Shown one piece after another: positions 46,506 to 55,290 of a DNA stretch of 64,000 nt (positions within the stretch are counted from its first letter, which is position 1; each line of letters opens with the position of its first letter). Below the pieces are notes generated by a model. The model was not told the origin of the DNA and made no database searches. It saw only the letters and a list, made by a program, of their open reading frames with translations. This DNA is from a virus: IMG/VR virus record IMGVR_UViG_3300027815_000006, positions 1-64,000 of that record; one strand, 5' to 3'. The position numbers and the translations under genes are program-made.

Positions 46506-46681
46506 GATTTCCCCTTGAACGGGCTCGCCGTGCCCAGCACGGATACCGACTTCTTCTTGACCTTTCGGGTGGGCTTGCCGAATCGAAAATCCCGCTTGTC
46601 CCACCCGATCATCTCCTTACGCCCGGAAGCGTAGGCCGTGCGCCGGTACCGCCACGCTTCCGCGGCGACCGGCGCCGTCAT
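46490..46681 (-). CDS. small basic hypothetical protein
   Basis: ATGA overlap with upstream gene; 63 aa. Confidence 0.5.
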   Translation of the reverse strand: MTAPVAAEAWRYRRTAYASGRKEMIGWDKRDFRFGKPTRKVKKKSVSVLGTASPFKGKSWRRY

Positions 46682-47538
46682 TCCCCCGGCTCGTCCTCGT
46701 CACCCTCCTCGTCGTCCTCGTCGTCCTCGTCGTCCTCGCCCTCGTCGTCCTCGCCCTCGCCCTCGCCCTCGCCCTCGCCCTCGGCCAGCGGGTCCGCGGC
46801 GTCGGCATCCTCATCCTCGGAGCACTCGGAGCACTCCTCCGCGAGGATCGTGTCCAGCTCGCCCATGGCCTCCACGCAGGCGTTGATGAGCGCGACGTGC
46901 TTGAGGAGCTCCTCGTGGATCTCCGAAGGATCCACCTTCTCGTTCGGACGCTTGAGCGCCTCGGTCATCCCCTTGGCGATGATCGCGGCGTCATCGTTGG
47001 CGCCCAGGAGCGTCTCCTCCATCTCCTCGAAGATGTTGGTGTCCCAGGCTGCCCCGAGCGCCCCGAGGTGGTTGGCGAGCAGCCCCTCGACCAAGGCGAT
47101 GTTGGCGAAGGCCACCACCGTGTCCTTGGAGTTGAGGTCCACCGCACCCGCCCCCGCGAGGGCGCGCATCTCCAGCACGGAGGCTCCCACCTGCGTCTGC
47201 CCCTCGGCGTGCGCAGCGTGCCCCGCCGCCCTCGACATGGCGCCCCGGAAAGCGCCCTTGGTGCGGTGCAGGGCCCTGGCGATCTTCTGAGAGTGCTTCG
47301 CCAGCCGCCGCTGCACCTTGGCGCTGCGCGACCGCTTCCGGAGGTAGCTCTTGCGCTTCTTGTTGCGGCGCCTGTCCTCCGCCTTGTCGGCGCTGGACTC
47401 CCGATGCTGCTTGGTCCGGTGGACCTTCCCGTGGGCGTCCACCGTCCCCTTCACCTTCGTGAACTTCCTCTCCAGAAGCTCCGGGAGGCCGAGGGCCTTG
47501 GCATCCTCCGCCAGCGTCGTCAGTCCGAACTCGTTCAT
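46678..47538 (-). CDS. prohead core-like protein (basic N-half, acidic tail; T4 gp67/gp68 position)
   Basis: between portal and protease; K/R-rich block then (EG)n/(DE)n tail; GGAG SD at 47538. Confidence 0.65.
   Translation of the reverse strand: MNEFGLTTLAEDAKALGLPELLERKFTKVKGTVDAHGKVHRTKQHRESSADKAEDRRRNKKRKSYLRKRSRSAKVQRRLAKHSQKIARALHRTKGAFRGAMSRAAGHAAHAEGQTQVGASVLEMRALAGAGAVDLNSKDTVVAFANIALVEGLLANHLGALGAAWDTNIFEEMEETLLGANDDAAIIAKGMTEALKRPNEKVDPSEIHEELLKHVALINACVEAMGELDTILAEECSECSEDEDADAADPLAEGEGEGEGEGEDDEGEDDEDDEDDEEGDEDEPGE
46695..46783. repeat. short tandem repeats encoding acidic tail (EG/DE)
   Basis: (TCGCCC)n and (TCGTCCTCG)n. Confidence 0.8.
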
Positions 47539-47885
47539 GTCTCCACTCCTCGGCTCCGGCTCACCAGCCGCGCGACGAAATCCTCTACCACAGATCGGTG
47601 CCTGGAGGGGGGCGCCCCCTCCGAAAGCGGCAACGGAACATGCACGGGCGCCCCAAGATGAATGCCCGTCGGGCTCAACACCACAGGGAGCTCCACACAC
47701 ACACCCGCGGAGGAAAGCACGCGCACACGGTCCGGCCACGTCGCCAGCACCGAGAAGCTCACGCTCTCCCCGAACAGCTTGAGCGCCCCGAGCGCCTGCA
47801 CAGCCTCGGACACCCGCACAAGCCGGTGCTCCAGACTCCCCTCGCAGAGAGAACGAAGCTCCTTGGTGGTGGTGCCCTTGCCCAT
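47535..47885 (-). CDS. hypothetical protein
   Basis: TTGACA-N18-TAGCGT promoter, ATG 7 nt downstream; ATGA overlap. Confidence 0.65.
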   Translation of the reverse strand: MGKGTTTKELRSLCEGSLEHRLVRVSEAVQALGALKLFGESVSFSVLATWPDRVRVLSSAGVCVELPVVLSPTGIHLGAPVHVPLPLSEGAPPSRHRSVVEDFVARLVSRSRGVET

Positions 47886-47945
47886 CGCAGAAACGCTACG
47901 CCGCCCACGCGGGGTGTGTCAAGCGCCGAACACACAGGAAACACC

Positions 47946-47959
47946 GGACCGTACGGTCC
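47946..47959. repeat. dispersed palindrome copy 14 (intergenic, downstream of portal)
   Basis: read directly. Confidence 0.97.
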
Positions 47960-47996
47960 AGTGTCTCGAAACCCGTACAGCGGTTCCGATGGACTC

Positions 47997-49772
47997 TCAC
48001 GCGGGGGGCCTCGCCCGCAGATCATGGAGGAGGCTGCGAAGATGCTCCATCCGCGCCAGGAGCGCGGCATCCCCCCGAAGGAGCTTCTCCAGCTTGGCCT
48101 CCGCCCGGCGCTCCGCGTCTCGGCTGCCCTGGAGGAGCTCCCGCTCCGTGATGCGGCGAGGGACAGGCCGCAGACGCCCGGCAAAAGAACGCCTGGGAGC
48201 ACTCTCCTGGGACGCACCCCCCTTCGGAGGCTCATCAATCCCCTCGGGGCCCGGCACGAAGTCCGTCGGCGCCTCCTGCGGAGGCCCCTCATCCTCGTCC
48301 CCACCTCCACCCCCCGGGGGCCCCGCACCCCCCTCCCGCTGGAGGTCATCCCCCCTCTCGGTGAAGATCGTCTTGATCTCTTGATCCGTGAGGTTGAAGA
48401 TGTGCGAGAGGACCCACCGCATCGAGACGTGCTCTCGCATCCTGGTTGCGAGATCCGCTCTGGCGTTGCGGACCTCTAGCTGCGCGAGCTCGAAGATCGC
48501 GCTGGGCGCCGTCAACGAGACACTAAAATCCACCGAGTAGGGATCAATCCCCAGGGCGGCGAAGTGCACCTGCGCGAGCTGCTTCAGCACACGCGCCTCC
48601 TCCCGTTGCACACGAAGAATGACACGGGCGAAACGCACGTCCTGCGAGGAAAGCGTTGCGCGCACAACCCCCGTCTCATCTCCCATGTACGCCCGCGGAA
48701 CCTTCGCGGCAGCATAGAAAAGTGTACGGAAGTAGTCGGCGTCGTCCACCGACTGCCATACCGGGGAGGCGAGGGTCTCCACTCTCGTTTCATCCCCGTT
48801 ACGGATCGGGATGAACACGTCCTCGTCCTGTGCGACCGGATCGAACTTCAACCCCAGACGCCCGGAGGAATCCACATAGCGCCGTTTACGAACCTGCTGC
48901 CGGAAACGGTTGACGTAGGCCCATGCCTCCTGGTCGGTCTTGTTCCCGACGTTCAGGTAGTAGGCGTACCGCTCCGGCGCCCTGTCCAGACGGAAACGTA
49001 GAACCGCATCGTCCATGAGGAGCATCCTGCGCCAGACCCACCGGGCGGGCTCCAGGAACGGAGAGCCATACAGAGAGTACGGGTTGCGCCCCATGAGGCG
49101 CGCATGGATCACCTGCCACGGCTCGAAGGGGATGGGTCCCTCGGATCCCAACAGCTCCCGTCCGCGGGCAACAGCCTGCTTCCGACGCGCCGCGTCACGC
49201 TCGTACTTCTGTACGATCTCCTTGAACTCGTTTTCGGAAAATCCCCTCCCCCCGGAGAGGTCCTGCACGAAGCCCAGAAGATCCCCCCTTGAGTCCTCTA
49301 CCCGACGCATGGACGCCGGAGGAAGCTGGTTCACACGAACCACCCCCACCTTGTCCGCGAGGATGGGTTCCGCATAGCCGTTGCCGTACTTGATTAGGGA
49401 ACGAACGTCCCCCCAGAGGCGGTCCTCGACGGCGAGATCCTTGTAGAGATCCTCCACGATCTTCTGGTATTTGCGCGTCTTGGCCGTCACCGTGAGGACG
49501 CGCCCTGTCTGCCAGTCGGTCTGTGTGGTGTCGTCCGCCACGATGTCGAGGACCGCCGCCGCGAGGGGGTACTCATCCATGCACTCGGCGTCCCCGAAGA
49601 TGGAGAGGAAGTCCCGCTCCATGCGCAGGTAGGACGCCACAGCGTCCGGCATGACGGAGTAGGAGGCGTCGGGCCCCACAACCCCCACCGGAACCCCGCG
49701 GGTGGTGTCCTCCCCTGCGCCCCCGTCCAGCGCATCGGTCACCGTCCGTACGAGATCGTCCAAAACGCCCAT
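47997..49772 (-). CDS. portal protein (T4 gp20-like)
   Basis: MDEYP..LDIVADD, YG.PFLEPAR..W, D.VL.FRL.RAPER..YY.NVG, EDVFIP, DADYF..L..A.KVP, DVRFARVI.RVQ. Confidence 0.95.
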   Translation of the reverse strand: MGVLDDLVRTVTDALDGGAGEDTTRGVPVGVVGPDASYSVMPDAVASYLRMERDFLSIFGDAECMDEYPLAAAVLDIVADDTTQTDWQTGRVLTVTAKTRKYQKIVEDLYKDLAVEDRLWGDVRSLIKYGNGYAEPILADKVGVVRVNQLPPASMRRVEDSRGDLLGFVQDLSGGRGFSENEFKEIVQKYERDAARRKQAVARGRELLGSEGPIPFEPWQVIHARLMGRNPYSLYGSPFLEPARWVWRRMLLMDDAVLRFRLDRAPERYAYYLNVGNKTDQEAWAYVNRFRQQVRKRRYVDSSGRLGLKFDPVAQDEDVFIPIRNGDETRVETLASPVWQSVDDADYFRTLFYAAAKVPRAYMGDETGVVRATLSSQDVRFARVILRVQREEARVLKQLAQVHFAALGIDPYSVDFSVSLTAPSAIFELAQLEVRNARADLATRMREHVSMRWVLSHIFNLTDQEIKTIFTERGDDLQREGGAGPPGGGGGDEDEGPPQEAPTDFVPGPEGIDEPPKGGASQESAPRRSFAGRLRPVPRRITERELLQGSRDAERRAEAKLEKLLRGDAALLARMEHLRSLLHDLRARPPA

Positions 49773-51815
49773 CTAGCGGCCTCGCGGATACGATCCGTCC
49801 GTCACCCAGGCGGAGTCAAGCTCATCCACGCCGCCGACCATGATCGGAGGAAGCGCCGCGCCCCCGCGGGAAAGATACCCCTGCGCATCGATGTCCAACG
49901 GAATGTCTCCTCCGGGTGTGATGATCGGGAGCGGCTCCTGCTGGAGCCCGAAAGCCTCGGTGAGGGTGTGTACCACCCCCGCCAGGGCGTCCGCAACGTC
50001 CTTCCGGAACCCCTTGGGGTGGTCCACCTTCCCCGTGCGCCCATCTCGCTCCAGCCGCCGGAGCTCCTCGATGAGAGGCGCGTAGTTGTAGAAGAAGATG
50101 CGGTTCTCGTAGAGCGCCGTCTTGAGCGTGTCGTACGGGTCCGCCGTGCGATCCACGGAGAGAATCTCCGCGTCGTAGCCCTTCGCGCGGAGTTGCTGCA
50201 AACCATCCCGACTCTGGTAGGTATCTGACGTAACCTTCGTAATTCTGAAGCCCTTGCTCGACATGAGATATAGAAGACGACGCACGTCCCCCATGACGAT
50301 CTCGTCCCCGAGGGGAGGGACGATCTGGAGGAGGAAGTCCACGATGATGACGGGGGCCCGCTCCAGAACACGCGCCTGCTCCACCTTCGAGGACCGAAGG
50401 ACGTTGCGGTACCCAGCAACGTGTGCAACCACAAGCCCCGTGGCGTCCCCCGTAAGCGAGGGATCAATGTGAGCGTGGCGAGGACGCTGGGGATTGATGC
50501 GCGGGACGGAGACGGTCTCGGTCCCGTAGGTATCCCGGCGCTCCACGTCGCGCACGAGAAGCTCCCAGAGGAAGTCCCCGCGCTGTGTCGGATCGTAGGA
50601 CTCCACAGAGAACGGATGCTTCAGCTTCGGGTGGATGGCCTGCTCGATGGCGCTCCGGCGCTGAATGTACGGGCTCATGGCCACCGTGGAGATCCCCGCG
50701 ATGTCCCGGATGGCCTGCTCCAGGTCTTGCTCGAAATCCCGGCGATAGTCCTCCGGTACGTCAATCATCACCACGTCGGCGGGGAGCTCCGCCCGGATGG
50801 CATCCCGCTCCCCAGGCTTGAGAATCCTGGAGGGGATCTGCTCGTTGCCCACGAGAACCTGGAAGGTCTCGTCCGAGGAGTACCTGGACTTCGGAACCGT
50901 CTCCCAAATCGCGTAGTCTCGCACGAACAGGTGAGGATCCTCCCTGGAGGTGCGAACCAGCTTCTCCGTGAAATCCGCACGGGTGCGCTTGGAGGAGACG
51001 ATGAACAAGATGCCAGGGAGCTTCCCCTGCCGCGCGAAGCGCGACTTCAACCGGCGCTTGAGCGTGTAGTAGATGGACTCCGCGCGCCCCACAACGCCGT
51101 GACGCTTTTGGTCCTTGGATGCATCGGGCATGAAGTTGCCTTCGTCCATGAAGGCCGAGATGCAGTTCAGGCCGAGCGCCGATGTGTCCGTAGAAGCACG
51201 CGCCGCCACCCACACGGAGCGCGGAAAGCGAAGCTCCTTCTTCGTCGCCGTGAACGGAAAGTGCTCCTTGAAGTACGGGCTGGCCTGGATCTTCGTGACG
51301 ATGTTCTCGAAGACCACCTTCACGGCCAGGGCCTCAGACACGGAAAGACACACCACGGAGATGTTGGTCCCCGGCGCCAGCCCGTAGGACTTGTGCGGGT
51401 CTTTCAGGCACGAGATCTCGTAGAGAACACGGCAAACGCCTACGCTCGCGGCAAAGCTCTTGCCGCTCCCGATGGAGCCTGTGAAGAGACACTCTGTGTA
51501 ATCTCCCTCAAATAGCTCCTTGAGATCCGCCAGCCAAACGTCATAGAGAGCGTCGCACGTCTCCCCGAGGTAGTAGGGATCGCGGACGAACGTCTCCATG
51601 TCTACAGGGGTACGGGCGTACTCCATCCGCGATGCCCGCGCGAAGAGAAGATCCTCTGTAGGATCCCCCTCCTCGTTGGCAGCCATCTCTGCGAGCATCT
51701 GCCGCAGAGCCTCCTGCTCTGCGGGGGTCATGCCCTTCATGTCCTGGAGAAGAAGACTCAGCTCCTCATCGTAGGTACGAACAGAGCGCGCCTTCCCGGA
51801 GTTCTCAACGATCAC
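49773..51815 (-). CDS. terL: terminase large subunit
   Basis: Walker A GSIGSGKS, Walker B AFMDE, VSS coupling motif, nuclease HIDPS..D and DHP..KDVADA. Confidence 0.93.
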   Translation of the reverse strand: MIVENSGKARSVRTYDEELSLLLQDMKGMTPAEQEALRQMLAEMAANEEGDPTEDLLFARASRMEYARTPVDMETFVRDPYYLGETCDALYDVWLADLKELFEGDYTECLFTGSIGSGKSFAASVGVCRVLYEISCLKDPHKSYGLAPGTNISVVCLSVSEALAVKVVFENIVTKIQASPYFKEHFPFTATKKELRFPRSVWVAARASTDTSALGLNCISAFMDEGNFMPDASKDQKRHGVVGRAESIYYTLKRRLKSRFARQGKLPGILFIVSSKRTRADFTEKLVRTSREDPHLFVRDYAIWETVPKSRYSSDETFQVLVGNEQIPSRILKPGERDAIRAELPADVVMIDVPEDYRRDFEQDLEQAIRDIAGISTVAMSPYIQRRSAIEQAIHPKLKHPFSVESYDPTQRGDFLWELLVRDVERRDTYGTETVSVPRINPQRPRHAHIDPSLTGDATGLVVAHVAGYRNVLRSSKVEQARVLERAPVIIVDFLLQIVPPLGDEIVMGDVRRLLYLMSSKGFRITKVTSDTYQSRDGLQQLRAKGYDAEILSVDRTADPYDTLKTALYENRIFFYNYAPLIEELRRLERDGRTGKVDHPKGFRKDVADALAGVVHTLTEAFGLQQEPLPIITPGGDIPLDIDAQGYLSRGGAALPPIMVGGVDELDSAWVTDGSYPRGR

Positions 51816-52575
51816 CCGAGCCCCCCACAGCCTTTGTAGGAGACTCCGTGGGGGAGTCTCCCGTGGGGAGCTGGGTCTGGAGCTTCGCCGCGAAGTCCGC
51901 GCGGGTGCGCTGGAGGGTCAAGAGGCGCTCCGCGATCTGAATGACTTTCCGCCGCGCCTCCGGGGCGTCCATCACCTGCTGCACTTCCGGAGAGCCGAAG
52001 GTCTGCCCGCTGTCCGACTCCGCATCCTGCGCCGGATCATGGACGCCCTGGCGCTGGTAGATCCCCATGGACAGCTTGAGCTCCACCGACCGGGCGAGGA
52101 TCTCCGCGGTGGTCACGATCTCCCGGTTCATCTGGGGCGAGAGAATCTGGAGCTTCTGCTCGTAGGCCAGCCCGATACGGAGGCGGTCCTGCTGCTTGCG
52201 GTAGAGCGCTTCGAGCTCCTGGAGCTCATCGAGGCGCTGAATCACCTCGGCCTTGACCGCCATCTGGGGGAGCCGCCCCCTGGCGGCGGCGAACTCCCAC
52301 CGCGGGATGCCCTGCTTGTACTCCTTGAGTACCTCCCGGACGACGTATTTGTTGACGTCCTCCGCCCCGCGGACATTGGTCTGCACGAAGGTGCACACGT
52401 CATCCAGGGAGCGCCCCTCGACGAACAGCCGCCGAACCTCCTCCACCTGCACCGAAGCCAGGAGAGTAGACCGGAACCGAAGGTGCGCCTGGGGGCGCGC
52501 GGCTACAGGCTGCGGCGCCTGCTTGCTCTGCGCGGCCTTCACCCGTCCGGTCGGTGTCTGGGGATCGCGGGACAC
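51805..52575 (-). CDS. putative terminase small subunit
   Basis: HTH-like N-terminus plus helical region directly upstream of terL; GTG 52575 is 6 nt after TGC-TATGGT. Confidence 0.6.
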   Translation of the reverse strand: MSRDPQTPTGRVKAAQSKQAPQPVAARPQAHLRFRSTLLASVQVEEVRRLFVEGRSLDDVCTFVQTNVRGAEDVNKYVVREVLKEYKQGIPRWEFAAARGRLPQMAVKAEVIQRLDELQELEALYRKQQDRLRIGLAYEQKLQILSPQMNREIVTTAEILARSVELKLSMGIYQRQGVHDPAQDAESDSGQTFGSPEVQQVMDAPEARRKVIQIAERLLTLQRTRADFAAKLQTQLPTGDSPTESPTKAVGGSGDR

Positions 52576-52594
52576 ACCGAAACCATAGCAGACA

Positions 52595-53386
52595 TTACGG
52601 AATGGGCGCAACCTCCGCGGGGATCCACCCGTGCGCCCAACCCGCGGCCACTGCCGCCGCCTTGGATAGGCCGCCGAAGTCCCCGTCCCGCGCCACTCCA
52701 AGCCGAGCCTGCGCGGCCTTCACGATGCACTCATCCTCGGACCGCGCATAGTCCACGCCCCGAAAGCCCCGCGCCTTCAGGGTGTGGAAGATGGCGTCCC
52801 CGGGATCCCCGGGCCCCCGCTGCACGGTCTGGTTCCTGTGCCCGAAGACCCCCGGAGGCCGCACAGCCCCCGTCAGACGGTCCAGGACCCCCACCACAGG
52901 CTCGCTCCCCACCCACGGAATCCACGGCTGAATCTGGTAGTGCTGGCAGAGCACCTCCACCAAGAGGCCGGTGGCGTTGAGCGTGGCCTCGTAGATCTCC
53001 CCCTTCTCCGTCTGCACCATCTCGATCCCGACGGTGTAGGCGTTCACCCCGCCCGCGTGCCACGTATACCGCTGGGTGGGGTCGTTCTGCTGGTAGACCA
53101 CCCCCGCCCTGTCCACCGTGAAATCCCAGGAGGCGATGGCTGCGTGCCCCACCGTACGAAGATTCGCGCGGGTCCACCCCCTCGCTCCGAGCGGCCCGGC
53201 TCCAGGAAGCGTCGGGCCCCGCTTCCCGTACACGGTGTGAAGGATGACGGCCCCCACCTTGCGCGGTCGAGGATTGGTCTTCCCCGCGGGAAGCCAGCCC
53301 ACGCCCTCCAGATCCCCCACCTCGCCCCCAAACTCTACAACCTGCCCGCTCAGAACGAGTGCGCTCACCCCCAGAGAGAACCACAA
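52595..53386 (-). CDS. N-acetylmuramoyl-L-alanine amidase (endolysin) with C-terminal PG-binding-like segment
   Basis: ILHT, SWDFTVD, WHAG..N..VGIE, GHR, DPG; Q..LG..DG.FG. Confidence 0.88.
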   Translation of the reverse strand: MWFSLGVSALVLSGQVVEFGGEVGDLEGVGWLPAGKTNPRPRKVGAVILHTVYGKRGPTLPGAGPLGARGWTRANLRTVGHAAIASWDFTVDRAGVVYQQNDPTQRYTWHAGGVNAYTVGIEMVQTEKGEIYEATLNATGLLVEVLCQHYQIQPWIPWVGSEPVVGVLDRLTGAVRPPGVFGHRNQTVQRGPGDPGDAIFHTLKARGFRGVDYARSEDECIVKAAQARLGVARDGDFGGLSKAAAVAAGWAHGWIPAEVAPIP

Positions 53387-53388
53387 CC

Positions 53389-53402
53389 GGACCGTACGGT
53401 CC
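53389..53402. repeat. dispersed palindrome copy 15 (between polymerase stop and amidase)
   Basis: read directly. Confidence 0.97.
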
Positions 53403-53416
53403 AGTCCGAAGGAAGC

Positions 53417-55252
53417 CTACTTCTCCGCCCAGGAGTCTCCAACAGCAGCGGGGGCCCGCACAGGCACCGAAGGCAAGAGCGGCTGCATCCCCTCCACCAT
53501 GGCCTGTGACAGCGCCTTGGACCACTCTCGCAGAAGCTCAGGCTCCTCCGGGCACTCCGTAGCGATCTCGTCATGGACGTGGTGAACCATCCGCACCCCA
53601 GGGAACTTCCTGGCGGCCTCGTAGACACGCCGGAGCGCTCGCTTCAGCCCATCGGCAGCGGTCCCCTGCACCTCCAGGTTGAAGCACGCCGCGTACTCCT
53701 TCTCGGGGTCAATGAACCGCCGCCGCCCCGACAGGGTACGCAGCGCGCCGTCTCGCTCCGCCTTGGCGATCACCTTCCTGTGCCACGTCCGCACCCCAGG
53801 GAAGGACTCGAAGTAGGTATCGCGGATCCTCTCGGCGTCCTTCAGCGAGAACACAACACCGTACCCTACCAGCGCGTAGGACACGAACTTCTCCGCACCC
53901 AAAGCGAAAGCAAACCCGAAATTTGCTGGTTTGGCCTGCTGGCGCTGCTCCTTCGTGACCTCGCTCTCGGGCACCCCGGAGATCTTCGATGCGGTGAAGC
54001 GGTGAATGTCCCCGTCGCTGCGGATGATTTGCAGAAGATTTCGGTCCTGCGTGACCTCCGCGAGCACCACCATCTCAATCGCAGAGTAGTCCGCGATGAC
54101 GAGTTTCCTCCCAGCCTCAGGACGGAAACACGCCCGGTAGTTCTTGCCCCTCGGGATCTGTCCCAGGTTGGGCTTGGAGTGTGCGAAACGCCCGGTCGCC
54201 AGCATCGGATAGTAGGATGCGTGAATGCGGAGCGTAGCGGGATTCAGGAACTTCAGGTAGTCCGGCCCGAAGGCCGTGGTGGCCTTGGCATACCCGTTGT
54301 ACTCGATGACGTCCTTGATGATAGGATCCTTCTGCGCGAACACCGCGAGTGTAGCCTCCTTGGTGTCCTCAATAGGGATCCACGCATCACGGCCTACGCG
54401 GGTCTTGAGCCCGTACTTCCGGAGGCTCTGCAAGAGCTGCGTACGCGAGTCAATCGAGAACTTCGGATCGTAGCCGAACAGCCCTAGCTGATTGGAGGGG
54501 CTTGGAAGGACACGCTCCAGCTTCTCCCGCAGCTGCGTGGCCTTCTGCTTGTTCGTCTCGTAGAGCGTCAGCCACGCCTCGGCGTCCAGACGGAAGCCGT
54601 TGCGCTCCACGCTCGCCTCCGGGGTGATGGACTCGAACTCAAGGAGTGCGGTCTTGTGGAGCCCCTCCTCCCGGATCTTCGGCCTGAGCTTCTCGTACAC
54701 TTTCGGAAGCCAGATCACGTCGTCCGCGGCGTAGTCTAGCTGCTCCCTGGTGAGGTCAGACCGGGACCAATCGGAGCCGCCTAGCTCCTCCACCTGCGGC
54801 GCCATCTTGAGCTCCCGCAGATAGATCGAGAACAGGTCGTGGCTCATACCCCGCTCGCCCCCGAGCCCGTTGTAGAGCATCGCGGAGGCGCGGAAGGTAT
54901 CGAAGATCGGCCAGAGCTCCACCCCGTAGTGGTGCAGGAGGAACAGGGCATCGAACTTGAGGTTCTGCCCCACCACGATAGGGCGCCCCTCCCCCACACA
55001 CATCCCAGGGTTGTTGAGCACCTCCATGATCGGCGCCAACGTGCCCGTCTTGAAGGCGTCCACCACGTAGACATTCCGCCCCGTGTTCAGGGACAGGAGC
55101 CGAACGCGGCAGGTGTGGGGGTCAAACCCCGTCGTCTCCGTGTCCAGCGCGAGGAGCTGCGCCCCTCGGACCTCCTGGGCGATGAACGGAAGCTCCCCCG
55201 CGTCCGTGACGTACTGGTAGGTGTACCCGGCGTGTGTGAGCTTCTCCGCCAC
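53417..55252 (-). CDS. polA: family A DNA polymerase (3'-5' exonuclease + polymerase, no 5'-3' exonuclease)
   Basis: LDTET, NLKFD, YAADD, TGR..PNLGQIP, DYSAIE, R..AK..NFG, QGTAAD, VHDE. Confidence 0.95.
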   Translation of the reverse strand: MAEKLTHAGYTYQYVTDAGELPFIAQEVRGAQLLALDTETTGFDPHTCRVRLLSLNTGRNVYVVDAFKTGTLAPIMEVLNNPGMCVGEGRPIVVGQNLKFDALFLLHHYGVELWPIFDTFRASAMLYNGLGGERGMSHDLFSIYLRELKMAPQVEELGGSDWSRSDLTREQLDYAADDVIWLPKVYEKLRPKIREEGLHKTALLEFESITPEASVERNGFRLDAEAWLTLYETNKQKATQLREKLERVLPSPSNQLGLFGYDPKFSIDSRTQLLQSLRKYGLKTRVGRDAWIPIEDTKEATLAVFAQKDPIIKDVIEYNGYAKATTAFGPDYLKFLNPATLRIHASYYPMLATGRFAHSKPNLGQIPRGKNYRACFRPEAGRKLVIADYSAIEMVVLAEVTQDRNLLQIIRSDGDIHRFTASKISGVPESEVTKEQRQQAKPANFGFAFALGAEKFVSYALVGYGVVFSLKDAERIRDTYFESFPGVRTWHRKVIAKAERDGALRTLSGRRRFIDPEKEYAACFNLEVQGTAADGLKRALRRVYEAARKFPGVRMVHHVHDEIATECPEEPELLREWSKALSQAMVEGMQPLLPSVPVRAPAAVGDSWAEK

Positions 55253-55290
55253 GCTCGAATCCTACAGCCCCCGCCGCCCCCCGCAAGCCG

